This document shows, one piece after another, positions 1-10,347 of a DNA stretch of 64,000 nt. This stretch comes from an uncultured delta proteobacterium (lineage in GTDB: Bacteria > Desulfobacterota > Desulfomonilia > Desulfomonilales > Desulfomonilaceae), in NCBI GenBank assembly GCA_963789265.1, contig CAWBKB010000001.1, positions 1,280,001-1,344,000 on the forward strand, in the 5' to 3' direction. Numbering within the stretch: position 1 is the first letter of the stretch; each line of letters opens with the position of its first letter. Made by a program: the position numbers and the translations under genes. A model generated the notes under the pieces. That model saw nothing but the letters and a program-made list of their open reading frames with translations, ran no database searches and was not told the origin of the DNA.

Positions 1-1247
1 TTCGCCGAAACCGGTATCAGCCCCAGCAGGATGTGGAAGAACCAGCTCAGTTGTGGGTGCAAGAGACCATCCAGTACCTGATAGTGAAGAATGGCTCCGG
101 AAAGTGGCAAGAAAAGCACCAGGGGGTGGAAAATGAATTCATCCGGCGGGCGGAAAACCATCCTCAGGAGCACCAACATCAAGAAAATCAGTGATGCAGT
201 ATAGATTATCGTAAAAGGAAATCCCAAATCCGCTAGAAACGTGAAGAACATGTTTTCAGAAGTTCTCAAGCGGCTGGTCCATTTAACAAATGTGTCCTTG
301 GAGATGTACGGATACTCGGGTTGGTAGTTTTCCAGGATCTTGCCGCGGGGGGCGAGAAGGCCATTTCCGAGCAGAGGATGGTCAGAGGCAATCTTCAACG
401 AGAAAAAGATGCTCTCGGCCCTGTAAGCCACAGATTCACCTTGTTTCCCCCATTTCTTAACATGGTTGGCATCCTGATAGAAAAAGGCGTTCCCGGCTGC
501 CAGTGAAATTGCAAACAACACCACAAGTAGAGGGACGATTTGCTTAAGTCGCCATTCCCGGAGGACCGCCGCAAGAAGGCACAGAACGATGGGAATAACA
601 ACCGCGGACCCCATTGCAGCCGTGCGGGCCCCAAACAGTAGTATTATGTAGCTTGCGCACAACAAGATCACGCCGGCCGTGACTGCCCCGCGCGATCTAG
701 TGCTCAGCAAGGTCAGCGGGGCAAACGAAAGCAGAATGAGCCTGTCGGCTACAGGGTGCCAATGCGAATCCAGGAATTGATAGATATTGCCCCTTATCGC
801 GATACTGGCCGCACTCAGGACGAGAATTCCGCAAAGCATCAATATGCACAGATCTCGGAAATAGCGTTGCCTATCAGGAGAGCCAAGGAGGATCCTGGAA
901 CACCAAAAACCGCCGAGACCGGACGCAAGAACAGTAAAGCCTCGCACCGAGGAGGACTCCGGTGTAAGGCTAAATAGCCCGCTCAATACCACCAGGAGCA
1001 GGAGCACGAGAGACACGATAATTTCCGCCGGCGTGGCACGGCCTGAGCCTTTCCTGCGGAAAGCCAGAGCAAAGACGAGACTGACCGCGCACAAGATAGC
1101 GGAAAAGACATTGGCTCGGCCGCCTGGAATGACAATCAGATAGGGGTTGAGAAACGCCAGTTGCAGCGATGTCAAGCAGAACGCTATCCACGCGACTTTT
1201 TCGCCCACGGATGATGCTGCGAGCCCTCCGGAAACTATGCCGGACAA
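1..1247 (-). CDS. O-antigen ligase (Wzy_C/WaaL)-like polytopic membrane protein, runs off the left edge; start uncertain (GTG 1208 or TTG 1247)
   Basis: Manual translation of the minus frame gives a stop-free hydrophobic ORF to position 1 (absent from the ORF track because no stop is in the window) containing SVAYRAESIFFSLKIASDHPLLGNG...RTSENMFFTFLADLG, the R...PLLGxG...xN...L.xLG pattern of Wzy_C. Confidence 0.7.
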   Translation of the reverse strand, partial: MSGIVSGGLAASSVGEKVAWIAFCLTSLQLAFLNPYLIVIPGGRANVFSAILCAVSLVFALAFRRKGSGRATPAEIIVSLVLLLLVVLSGLFSLTPESSSVRGFTVLASGLGGFWCSRILLGSPDRQRYFRDLCILMLCGILVLSAASIAIRGNIYQFLDSHWHPVADRLILLSFAPLTLLSTRSRGAVTAGVILLCASYIILLFGARTAAMGSAVVIPIVLCLLAAVLREWRLKQIVPLLVVLFAISLAAGNAFFYQDANHVKKWGKQGESVAYRAESIFFSLKIASDHPLLGNGLLAPRGKILENYQPEYPYISKDTFVKWTSRLRTSENMFFTFLADLGFPFTIIYTASLIFLMLVLLRMVFRPPDEFIFHPLVLFLPLSGAILHYQVLDGLLHPQLSWFFHILLGLIPVSA

Positions 1248-1743
1248 CCTATCGTTAATTGCCTCTACCTCCCCTGGGAGTTTTGCATTTGACAGCAGAC
1301 CTGCGTGAACCGAGTCAGTCAAGCCCGGAACGGTCGTACGGAAAGACGGCCGGATTGCCGGGTATTCCGAAAGAGTGGAATTTAGCCCCGGGATATCGAA
1401 CTAGACCTGGGTAACGAATTAAGATGCCGTAGATCCGTGCAATTTTCAAGGTATTTCAAAAAAGGTGGTGGGTTAGCCCGCTCGCAATGATAGTCTTTCG
1501 CCGCTGGTGGCTTAAGGCACAGAAGCCACCGCATGGGGATTTTCTTGAAAAATTACGGAAGATGCAGAATTAAGGATCTGATGGCAAGGCAACGCGGTCC
1601 TCGATAAGTGCGAGTGCGGCAAGTTCTTTAAAATCGTGGTTGACCCGGGGTCGCGCCGAGCGGTATGCTCGGACAAGGAGAAAGGCTCTCGGAGAGCCTT
1701 GTACCGACAATTTATCCGGCCATGCAAAGAAAGGGAACGAACC

Positions 1744-2715
1744 ATGCAAGACGTACCAAAGGCTCTCCAAGCGGTCGATCGAGTGGAGGTACTTACCCTT
1801 ATAGACAATTACGTGGATGTGCTGCTCGCAGACGGACCCGGTGTGATCAGAGCAGGGAACGCGAGGAAGGGCGAGGCCGAAATTCCTCGACAAACCTTGG
1901 TGGCCGAACACGGGCTGTCGCTCCTGATTACCGTGTATCGGAACGGAACGAGCCACACGGTACTCCTGGACACGGGGTATAATTCCGCATCTATGCTTCA
2001 CAACATGGAATACCTCGATGTCAGCCCGGCCGGCATCGAGGCTGTGGTGCTCAGCCACGGCCACATGGACCATTCAGGCGGCCTGAACCAACTCCTGGAA
2101 AAGCTGGGTAACGGTGTTAGTGTGGTGGCGCACCCGGACGTTTTCCGGCAGCGATTCCTCGTCCGACCTCAGGTGGGAAAGCTGAGCCTTCCGATTCTAG
2201 CGGACATGGAAAACCTTCGAAGCCTGAATGCAACGTTCACTGATGCAAGCGGTCCGGTCTATTTGGCGGAGAACATGATACTGGTGAGCGGCGAAGTCCC
2301 TCGCATTACTGACTTCGAGAAGGGGATGCCCGGCGCATTCATGGAAGAGCAGGGAGAAATGGTTCCAGATGCAATCAGGGACGATCAAGCCGTGGTTGTC
2401 GAACTTGCCGGCCAGGGTCTGGTGGTTATTTCGGGATGCGCTCATTCAGGAATTATAAATTCCATACTCTATGCGAAGCAACTGGCGGGTGAGTCCCGTG
2501 TTGCAGGGATAATAGGCGGCTTTCACCTGTCGGGTCCGGATATGGCACCCGCGGTCGAGATTACTATCCGCGAGCTGAAGCAGCTATCTCCGGGCCTGAT
2601 CATGCCCATGCACTGCACCGGCTGGAACGCGATACAGCGCTTGCAGAATGAATTTCCCGGGGCATTTGTACTGAGTAGCGTGGGCACAAAGGTGGTTCTG
2701 CCGCGGGAGGTGTGA
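1744..2715 (+). CDS. Metallo-beta-lactamase-fold hydrolase (pterin-synthase-like subfamily)
   Basis: AEHGLS, LLDTG, SHGHMDH (HxHxDH), GCAHSG, GGFHL and PMHCTG motifs; ATG at 1744 after purine-rich RBS. Confidence 0.85.
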   Translation: MQDVPKALQAVDRVEVLTLIDNYVDVLLADGPGVIRAGNARKGEAEIPRQTLVAEHGLSLLITVYRNGTSHTVLLDTGYNSASMLHNMEYLDVSPAGIEAVVLSHGHMDHSGGLNQLLEKLGNGVSVVAHPDVFRQRFLVRPQVGKLSLPILADMENLRSLNATFTDASGPVYLAENMILVSGEVPRITDFEKGMPGAFMEEQGEMVPDAIRDDQAVVVELAGQGLVVISGCAHSGIINSILYAKQLAGESRVAGIIGGFHLSGPDMAPAVEITIRELKQLSPGLIMPMHCTGWNAIQRLQNEFPGAFVLSSVGTKVVLPREV

Positions 2716-2723
2716 AAGCGGGG

Positions 2724-2860
2724 TTAATCGTCTAGGTATCTGCCAGAACATAGAACTAATCGGGCTATGTGCTTCCGACAGCCTTCCACGTCAATAATTG
2801 GGGATGGCGGGGCGAGCTCTCGACGCCGGCGGCCGGGTGGAAGTGAACGGTGTAATTCAC
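2724..2860 (-). pseudogene. Remnant of a RelE/ParE-like toxin
   Basis: GTG overlapping the upstream TGA reads MNYTVHFHPAA.VE, a typical ParE N-terminus, then the frame breaks; only a short fragment (PSPIIDVEGCRK) remains. Confidence 0.5.
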
Positions 2861-3087
2861 GACAGTCGCGCCCGAGCATCTCGGAAGACTTCTTCCGTGT
2901 CTCGCAACGCCACTTTGCCCGCTTCAATCTCTTCATCACGACGAATTGCCTCTTCCAGCCATAGCCTCTCCGTCTCAGATTCCGATGGTTCATCTAAGCT
3001 AAGCAAGAGCCTGCCGGCCAACTGTACCCGCTCCTCAATATTTAATTGGAGGGCCGCTGTTATAATTTCATCGAGTTACTTTCCCAT
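2857..3087 (-). pseudogene. Addiction-module antitoxin (TIGR02574-like) with a stop at codon 4
   Basis: Manual translation: MGK*LDEIITAALQLNIEERVQLAGRLLLSLDEPSESETERLWLEEAIRRDEEIEAGKVALRDTEEVFRDARARLS*; RBS GGAGAGG upstream. Confidence 0.7.
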
Positions 3088-3106
3088 GTTCTCAACTTCC
3101 TCTCCA

Positions 3107-3481
3107 TTAGCGCTCGGGCTGCAACGGTAGTCGTGTGATACGGACGCGTTTCTTGTCCACGACGCAGATTGAGCTTTGCAAAATCTCCACAGATACTATC
3201 CTCAGCACCGTCTCCAACAAATCACACATCTCTATATCGGAATAATTCCCGCCGCGAAACAGGATTATGCCCGGCCCGTCGGCCAAGCTGAGCGCCAAGA
3301 GACGAGGAAAATCCAAATCCGCTGTGATGATAACACGGCCGTCGCTACGGGCGAAATTCAACAATTCGATATCCGGAGCACGATCTTTGCCGATTTGATT
3401 GGCGTGAACTCCTTGATGTCCGTACGTGTGAAGGACTTTGAGCAGAAGAGAAGAGACCGGCATATCAAAAAGGAATTTCAT
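3107..3481 (-). CDS. DUF5615 PIN-like toxin (VapC45-like)
   Basis: MKFLFDMPVS...D.E....A....RVIITADLDF pattern; overlaps the DUF433 gene. Confidence 0.85.
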   Translation of the reverse strand: MKFLFDMPVSSLLLKVLHTYGHQGVHANQIGKDRAPDIELLNFARSDGRVIITADLDFPRLLALSLADGPGIILFRGGNYSDIEMCDLLETVLRIVSVEILQSSICVVDKKRVRITRLPLQPER

Positions 3482-3702
3482 GAAGCGAACTCGACCACTT
3501 GTTCATCAGCCAGGAAAGCCGCGTAATTGAGGGCTTCTTGGATGTCCTCCGATTCCAGGTAAGGGTATGCCTTCAAGATAGACTCCTTAGTTTCTCCTGC
3601 TGCCAGCAGTCCCAGCAATCGTGAAACCGGGAACCGTAACCCGCGAATCACAGGCTTCCCACCGCAGATTTCGGGATTCACGGTAATCCGTTGCAGAGTC
3701 AT
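3478..3702 (-). CDS. DUF433 antitoxin
   Basis: RITVNPEICGGKPVIRGLRFPV...ILKAYPYLESEDIQEAL signature. Confidence 0.9.
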   Translation of the reverse strand: MTLQRITVNPEICGGKPVIRGLRFPVSRLLGLLAAGETKESILKAYPYLESEDIQEALNYAAFLADEQVVEFAS

Positions 3703-4348
3703 CGTGGATACCTCCTGTTCGGGCTTTATAGATAGACGAAAATCGGTCTCTTCTCAACGTGCTTCGTGACCGGGGCGGTGTCAAGAACAAAAGACCCCTT
3801 TTCGTAGCTGTTCGGTTATCCTGGGTCGAGTGTGGTCTTTCATAAATTCAGCCAACAGAACTTAGGCAGCGCTGAACAGGCAGCCCAGCCGCCTTTTGCA
3901 AAAAAAAATTGAGAATCAACTTGGAAAAAATGACGAGTCTGTGGTATTGAAAGATTAGTGTTTTTGTCGGGGATCATGGAGCGAGGGCTGCAAGTTTTCT
4001 CCCAGGCTGGACAGGTTGGCTTTTTCACTCCCGGAAACATTGTTCCCGAACCCGAGGTGGGCCTGAATACCTTGACTAGCGAATCAGTACCCTGTCCGCG
4101 CCGCCTCCATCCGCAAAGATTTTCCAGCGTCTGTCTGTAAAAAAACCGGCGCCCCGCTAAGCGCCATATCTTACAAAGGACAGTGAATACTCGAACCCAA
4201 AACCCTTGCACCCTCCCAGGAGAACGCGACGAAAGCCTTAAGAAGGTTTTCATTTGAATTTTTCCTGATTGCGGCGATAATGACCGTCTGTCCTTGTTAG
4301 TCAGTTACAACGCGGGATTGAAGACAGAAAGGCGGAAATAAGGGCGAA

Positions 4349-5203
4349 ATGGATTTCGTTATTCTTGAAGTGCTTAACGGCCTCGCGTTCGCCATGCTGC
4401 TTTTCCTGGTTACTTCCGGTCTCTCCCTGATTTTCGGATTGATGCGCCTCATAAACCTGGTCCACGCTTCGTTCTACTTGCTGGCAGGTTATGTCGCACT
4501 GACCGTGATCGGTCGGACCGGCAGCTTTCTGTCGGGTCTGGTTGTAGCCTGCCTGGTGGTGCCGCTCGTCGGCATCTGTGTGCAGCGAGTCTTCCTGCGC
4601 CGATTCGAACGAAACGAACTCGCTCAGGTGCTTGTCACGTTTGGTTTGATTTTCATTATAGGGGATGCTTGTCTTTGGATCTGGGGCGGGTTGCCAAGGT
4701 CTATCCTCAAACCTTCCTTTCTCAACAGAGCAATCTTCTTTGGGGACATTGTTTTTCCCGCTTACCGCCTCTTCATAATGGTCACGGGATTCGTCGTGGC
4801 AGTGGCACTTTGGCTCTTCCTGGACAAGACGAGAGCGGGAGCCATGATCAGAGCGAGTGTGGACAATCCGGATATGGCAGCAGCGGTGGGGGTGAATGTT
4901 CCGATGCTGTTCATGGCGGTGTATGCTCTGGGGACATTTCTAGCGGCACTGGCGGGGGTCCTGGGTGGGGCATTCGTAGGAGTGTATCCAGGAGCAGATC
5001 TTGATATCCTTCTATTAGCACTGGTAACGCTTATCATCGGCGGTGAGGGGAGCCTCCTGGGCGCGTTCGTCGGCAGCATCCTGGTAGGCATGATGGACAA
5101 TTTCGGTAGATCCCTCTTCCCGGAACTCTCATTGTTCATGGTCTTTGCGCCTATGGCCATAATCCTGGCGGTCAGGCCGCAGGGTTTGTTCGGTAAAAAA
5201 TGA
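4349..5203 (+). CDS. Branched-chain-amino-acid-type ABC permease (LivH-like)
   Basis: GLSLIFGLMRLINLVH and G..IRA..DN.DMA..VGVNV motifs; multiple TM segments. Confidence 0.9.
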   Translation: MDFVILEVLNGLAFAMLLFLVTSGLSLIFGLMRLINLVHASFYLLAGYVALTVIGRTGSFLSGLVVACLVVPLVGICVQRVFLRRFERNELAQVLVTFGLIFIIGDACLWIWGGLPRSILKPSFLNRAIFFGDIVFPAYRLFIMVTGFVVAVALWLFLDKTRAGAMIRASVDNPDMAAAVGVNVPMLFMAVYALGTFLAALAGVLGGAFVGVYPGADLDILLLALVTLIIGGEGSLLGAFVGSILVGMMDNFGRSLFPELSLFMVFAPMAIILAVRPQGLFGKK

Positions 5204-6138
5204 AACTCACTATCTCACTACTATTGATGGTCGTTATCACCCTGGTCCTGCTGGCTTGCCCCTTGTTTCTCTCCTCGTATTACATGAGTCTGATGACCCA
5301 GGTGCTGATATTCGCCCTCTTTGCGATGAGTCTCGATCTCCTGGTTGGGAGTTTGGGATTGCCTTCTTTGGGCCATGCTGTTTATTTCGGAGTAGCGGCC
5401 TATACTGCGGGGTTGTTGGCTTTAAAAGTCACCGCGAATTTCTGGTTTTGTCTTTTGGCGGGAACAGGCGTAGGGCTCATAACCGCAGCCTTGTTCGGTT
5501 TTTTGGCTGTCCGCACCTACGGATCTTCTTTTCTTATGATTACTTTGGCACTTGCGCAGGTCGTCTGGGGAATAGCTTATAAGTGGCGATCGTTTACCGG
5601 TGGTGACGATGGCCTTTCGGGAATTGGCGTTCCGCATCTCGGTCTACCGTTGGTTGTCACACAAAACACGTACTATTACCTGGTTCTCGTAGTCTTCGGT
5701 GTTGCAAGCTTTATGCTGACTATCATCGTAAGGTCCCCGTTTGGTAACACGCTCACCGGCATAAGAGAGAGCGAGTCCAGGATGAGATCGCTTGGGTACA
5801 ACCCCGTCTTGTACAAGTATCTCTGCTTCGTTCTGGCCGGTGGATTCGCATCGGTTTCCGGCGTGCTGTTTGTGTTTCAAAATCGCTTTGTCGGGCCCAG
5901 CGACTTGGGATTGGTGCTGTCCGCGAAAGGGTTGCTCATGGTGATTCTCGGAGGGGCCGGGACTCTCTGGGGTGCGGCACTCGGTGCGGCAGTCATCACC
6001 TTGTCGGAAAATATAATCAGCGCTTACATTGATCGCTGGATCATGGTTCTTGGTATCATATACGTCATTTCCATCATGTTTTTTCCCCAGGGAATAGTGG
6101 GAGCGATCAGAGGCAGACAGGGAGAGGGGTCATCTTGA
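5200..6138 (+). CDS. ABC permease (LivM-like)
   Basis: SLDLLVG..GLPSLGHA, TGGDDG and SPFG..L.GIRESE.R motifs. Confidence 0.9.
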   Translation: MKLTISLLLMVVITLVLLACPLFLSSYYMSLMTQVLIFALFAMSLDLLVGSLGLPSLGHAVYFGVAAYTAGLLALKVTANFWFCLLAGTGVGLITAALFGFLAVRTYGSSFLMITLALAQVVWGIAYKWRSFTGGDDGLSGIGVPHLGLPLVVTQNTYYYLVLVVFGVASFMLTIIVRSPFGNTLTGIRESESRMRSLGYNPVLYKYLCFVLAGGFASVSGVLFVFQNRFVGPSDLGLVLSAKGLLMVILGGAGTLWGAALGAAVITLSENIISAYIDRWIMVLGIIYVISIMFFPQGIVGAIRGRQGEGSS

Positions 6139-6899
6139 CGCAGCCATTGAGAGTGGAAAAAGTGGGCAAGATGTTTGGCAAAGTCGCGGTCCTCCTGGGG
6201 GTTTCTCTCGGACTCGAACCCGGGGAGAGACACGCTATCTTGGGGCCCAATGGCGCGGGCAAGACAACACTCTTCAACGTCATCTCAGGGATTCATGGGC
6301 TTAGCTCCGGCCGAGTCTTTCTGTTTGGCGAGGATGTATCAAGAATGCCGGTTCAGCGCCGGGCATCCATGGGATTGGGTAGGACGTTTCAGATTACCAA
6401 TCTGTTCGGTGCGTTGACGGTATTCCAAAACATAATGCTTGCACGACAGTCCTTAGAGCCCTATCGTTTTACCTTTTTTAAGCCACTGACCCGTTATCCA
6501 AGACTTATGTCGGAAGTGGAGAATATCCTGTGCCAGTGGGGAATCGAGGAGAAACACGATCAGGTGGTGAGCACCCTCTCCTACGGAGAGCAACGGCAGC
6601 TTGAAGTTATTATGGCGATGGCCAACAAGCCGAAGTTGCTGCTTCTAGATGAGCCTACCGCAGGATTGTCCCCATCCGAGACGGCGAGTATGACAACGTT
6701 TCTTAGCAAGCTGGAAGACTCCATTACCATACTTCTGGTAGAGCACGACATGGATGTGGTCTTTTCCCTGGCAGAGAAAATCACAGTGATGCATTACGGG
6801 AACGTGGTCGCGCAAGGGCCGGTGCAGGAGATCAAAGGGAATCCCCAAGTCATGGCGGCATATCTCGGAGAGGAACCCGAGCAGCATGTTACTGGTTGA
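6135..6899 (+). CDS. ABC ATPase (LivG-like)
   Basis: Walker A GPNGAGKTT, LSYGEQR, LLLDEP, VEHD. Confidence 0.92.
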   Translation: MTQPLRVEKVGKMFGKVAVLLGVSLGLEPGERHAILGPNGAGKTTLFNVISGIHGLSSGRVFLFGEDVSRMPVQRRASMGLGRTFQITNLFGALTVFQNIMLARQSLEPYRFTFFKPLTRYPRLMSEVENILCQWGIEEKHDQVVSTLSYGEQRQLEVIMAMANKPKLLLLDEPTAGLSPSETASMTTFLSKLEDSITILLVEHDMDVVFSLAEKITVMHYGNVVAQGPVQEIKGNPQVMAAYLGEEPEQHVTG

Positions 6900-7590
6900 A
6901 GATATCCATACTTATCTGGGCAAAAGTTACGTAATCCAAGGTACTTCTCTGAGAGTCGAGGAGGGGAGGGTCGTTGCCGTACTCGGCAGGAATGGAGTCG
7001 GAAAGACCACTTTGATACGTTCCATTATGGGACTGGTGCCGACGAGGCAAGGACGAATTGTCTTCCGCGATGAAGACGTCACGAACCTCAAGCCATATAC
7101 CCGAGCTAGAAAAGGGCTGGGCCTCGTTCCCCAGGGAAGGCAAATTTTTCCTTCTTTGACGGTGCTGGAAAACCTTCAGATAAACGCTCGAGCTGCGAGC
7201 CGGGAAAAGGAAGCCCGATGGAATCTGAAGAAGATCCTTGAGCTGTTCCCTCGACTGAAAGTAAGATTGTCCAATAGTGGGGACCAACTCAGCGGCGGAG
7301 AGCAGCAGATGCTCGCAATAGGACGCGCGCTGGCCGGAAATCCCGCTTTTATGCTTATGGACGAGCCCTCGGAAGGTCTCGCTCCCATTGTAGTGAAGGA
7401 AATTGCCGACCTCGTGGCTGAGCTAAAAGCTCAGGGGCTTTCCATTCTACTTGTGGAACAGAATTTTAAACTTGCGATGACGGCCGCGGATCACGTCTAC
7501 ATTATGAGCAAAGGCCGAATAGTGTACGAATCCGAGCCCACGGACCTCGTAGAAAACAAGGAAATTAAGGAGAAATGGCTCGGGATCTGA
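6886..7590 (+). CDS. ABC ATPase (LivF-like)
   Basis: GRNGVGKTT, LSGGEQQM, MDEPSEGLAP, VEQN. Confidence 0.92.
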   Translation: MLLVEDIHTYLGKSYVIQGTSLRVEEGRVVAVLGRNGVGKTTLIRSIMGLVPTRQGRIVFRDEDVTNLKPYTRARKGLGLVPQGRQIFPSLTVLENLQINARAASREKEARWNLKKILELFPRLKVRLSNSGDQLSGGEQQMLAIGRALAGNPAFMLMDEPSEGLAPIVVKEIADLVAELKAQGLSILLVEQNFKLAMTAADHVYIMSKGRIVYESEPTDLVENKEIKEKWLGI

Positions 7591-7745
7591 TCGAAGGTCG
7601 CGGGTCGCATAATAATTGCCAAAGTACTTTCCCGAGTTGCTCGGCGTCTCGGAAGAGTATGCCCGACTTGTCTGTCGAGCAAAGGAAAGCCCCACTTGGG
7701 ACGCGGGGCGAACACCTCAGTAAGCCAAGTCGCAAGGGATTGAAC

Positions 7746-7973
7746 TCAATGGTATCCCATTGCGCAAAAAGGACTGGCCTGCATGGACGGAAGATGACAC
7801 AGCAGGGATCGTCTGGATTCGTCGTGTGAGGACACCCAGAGTTGCCAAAGATCGTCCGGCCAGACTTCGACTCGCGGCCGAGTCATTTCTTCCTCGATTC
7901 GTATATCGTTGCTTTCGGTTAGGACCCTGAAAACATCTCCTTCGCTGAAGTCTTCATACTCAATGTCGGACAT
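7746..7973 (-). CDS. Small acidic hypothetical protein (75 aa)
   Basis: Strong RBS AAGGAGGTG 8 nt before ATG; no competing gene in the gap. Confidence 0.55.
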   Translation of the reverse strand: MSDIEYEDFSEGDVFRVLTESNDIRIEEEMTRPRVEVWPDDLWQLWVSSHDESRRSLLCHLPSMQASPFCAMGYH

Positions 7974-8051
7974 TTACTATTCACCTCCTTATATGATCGA
8001 CGATCCTACGCTCTTTAATTAATCACTTGTCACAGGCAGTCAAGCCGTCCG

Positions 8052-9192
8052 TCACTTCAGGAGGCGCGGGCTCAACGGGATGATGATGCCCAGGATAACT
8101 GATAGAGCGGCCACTAGTCCGATCGGCACAATAGCATCTTTCACCGCCCCCTTGGGCAAGGGCCCCAGCTCCGTTTGAATGGTCCCGGCGGCGCGGTCCA
8201 ATATTCCCAGGGTTTCCTGATTACGGGCGAGATAGATCCAGTAAGAAACCCAGCCGAGGATTGCCATCGCAGCCATTACAGCGTCGACTACCGCGGCACT
8301 CCCTACCATCCCGAGTTTGGAACCGACCCATAGGACTATCAGACCGGGTGAAAAACTCACCAGCCCGATTGCCACCACACGAAAAGCCAAAGACAGATAG
8401 AGACCGCCCGCCTGCGCTTCCTTTGTATAGAACACCACGATTCCAGCCCTCCTTTGACCCCATGAGAGGCCGCGGTTGAAGATTGGAAAGACAAATGAAA
8501 CTAAAACTAGGGTCAGAGCGGGTAAGAAACAACGGGAATGAAGTGAATGCCGCGTTCAGGTATGCATCCCCGAAGTGCGCGGGCACCCATTCCAGAGGTA
8601 CAAAACAGAAGATGAACAACATGATGAGACAAGAGTACACCGCCAGAAACAGCGAAAAGGTATGTATGGACGCAAGAATCCTTCGCCTCCTCGAGGCGGG
8701 TGTCCTGTTGCCGTAAATATTGCGGGGGAATTCGGACAAGGGGTCTTTGTTCAGGATTGCACTGACCCGATCGGGGTGCTCGGCAGGACGAGTGACGACC
8801 TGCAAGCCGCAGCGAGGGCAATCCCCGCGTATCAAGAGCACGTCGTCCTCTCGGGTCGCCGTGTACCCGCATTTGGGACAGAGATTGGTGTCGTTCCAAG
8901 CGGCCTTGGGCTCATCCTCCGGCATTTGATCCGCCGGGTTTGCCGGCACAGGCTGTTTTGCGTCAGGTTCAATACGTGATACGGCGCCGGCCCCTTCAAT
9001 CAGAACCTGTTGTTTTAAGGCCACGCTGTGGTCGAGTCCACGTGCGATCACGGTAGGGTTGCCCGACAGAAGTTCAGCAATTACCTCGACGTCGCGTCTG
9101 AAAAGCGCGGATAGTTTCTTGACTGCTATAGGCCGTTCAAAGCCTTCCCGTATTTTGCCCTCAAGAACGAGTTTGTATGACTGATCCTCCAT
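8052..9192 (-). CDS. Membrane protein with Zn ribbon (CPKC...CPRC) and RDD-like domain; split by a +1 frameshift near 8520
   Basis: Removing one base at ACCC (8520-8522) joins ...FPLFLT to ALTLVLVSFVFPIFNRGLSWGQRRAGIVVF (RDD-like WGQ..GI.V); ASRRRRILA also matches RDD. Confidence 0.65.
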
Positions 9193-9326
9193 GCCTGATC
9201 CTTGGTTCCCGTGGAGCAAATGATGTGGCCTGCAAACGCGCTTCATGGTACCATATTTTACGGATCTTGACTCTACGTACGGAAACATATATTTTTATAA
9301 GCACTTACTGATTTTGTGGAGGAAAG

Positions 9327-9968
9327 ATGGCAGAGAAAGTGTCAGAGGACTCGTTTACACAATCCGGAGAGGACCTTTCAAGTGAAAGGTTGGAACAGAT
9401 CGTCGCCTCAATGCCCGATTCCGCGAATGCTCATTACAATTTAGGGCTGGCTTTTGTCAGGGAGCGCGAATGGGATCGCGGGCTGCGAGAATTTCAGACC
9501 GCCCTCAGGCTGAAACCGGGCTTATTGGAGGCCCGGGTCAATTTAGCCGGGATACTTTTGCAGAAGGGCGACTATGATGGGTGTATAGAAGAAAGCCTCA
9601 AGGCGCTCCAGTACAGACCTGACCTTATTCAAGGGTGTATCAATATCGGCATAGCATTCATGCAAAAGGGGGCGCTGGAGCAGGCGATTCAGAGTTTCCA
9701 GAATGCGCTCAAGATAGATCCCGACTCCGCAGTCGCGCATTTGAACTTGGGAATCGCCTACCTGTCACTCGGTGAAATCGACCAAAGCATCGAACACAAC
9801 AAGCGAGCCATCGAGATACACTCGGGATTTGCAGTCGCGCATAACAATCTCGCGGCCGCTCTTTTTCAAAAAGGGGAAACCACGAAAGCTCGTGAGTACG
9901 CGCTTCAAGCCAGGAGTCTCGGGTACCCGGTGAGCACGGAATTCCTTAAACAGCTTGGTGTAGAATGA
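9327..9968 (+). CDS. Tetratricopeptide repeat protein
   Basis: Repeated AHYNLG/ARVNLA/AHLNLG/AHNNLA TPR units; GGAGG RBS. Confidence 0.9.
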   Translation: MAEKVSEDSFTQSGEDLSSERLEQIVASMPDSANAHYNLGLAFVREREWDRGLREFQTALRLKPGLLEARVNLAGILLQKGDYDGCIEESLKALQYRPDLIQGCINIGIAFMQKGALEQAIQSFQNALKIDPDSAVAHLNLGIAYLSLGEIDQSIEHNKRAIEIHSGFAVAHNNLAAALFQKGETTKAREYALQARSLGYPVSTEFLKQLGVE

Positions 9969-10347
9969 CTTGCAGAGGAGTTTCCAACGATAAACAACCG
10001 ACCGTCCCATCTATTGACAGCTTCTTAGAAGCGGCTTAGCATCGAGACATTGCCCCGTTTCATAAAGAGAGAATGGAGGACCTCGGATACCAACCTGTCT
10101 CGGAAATCACTACGTTGACCGGGCATTGGTATCAATGCAGTCACGGACCGGCTTGGCTGAGCACAGGATTCAGGCATCCGAATAGTCTTTGACAATTATA
10201 ACATGGCAAGTGCTCTCAACCGGGTTGATCGGAACTGGAATGGAATCCGAAAGAACGAAAGGAGCAGGTTGCGGCGGCGCCTGAGCACCGCCATGCCCCA
10301 CCAGCCCCGATCACCGTTGAAGAAGAAATGGATACCATCTTTGGCAG

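Noticed and set aside
1325..1395. GAAA hairpins resembling part of a c-di-GMP-I riboswitch
   Set aside because: Conserved GCAAA flanks and second stem not found
3790..4340. CRISPR leader/array or IS remnant
   Set aside because: No repeat-spacer periodicity, terminal inverted repeats or transposase fragment recognised
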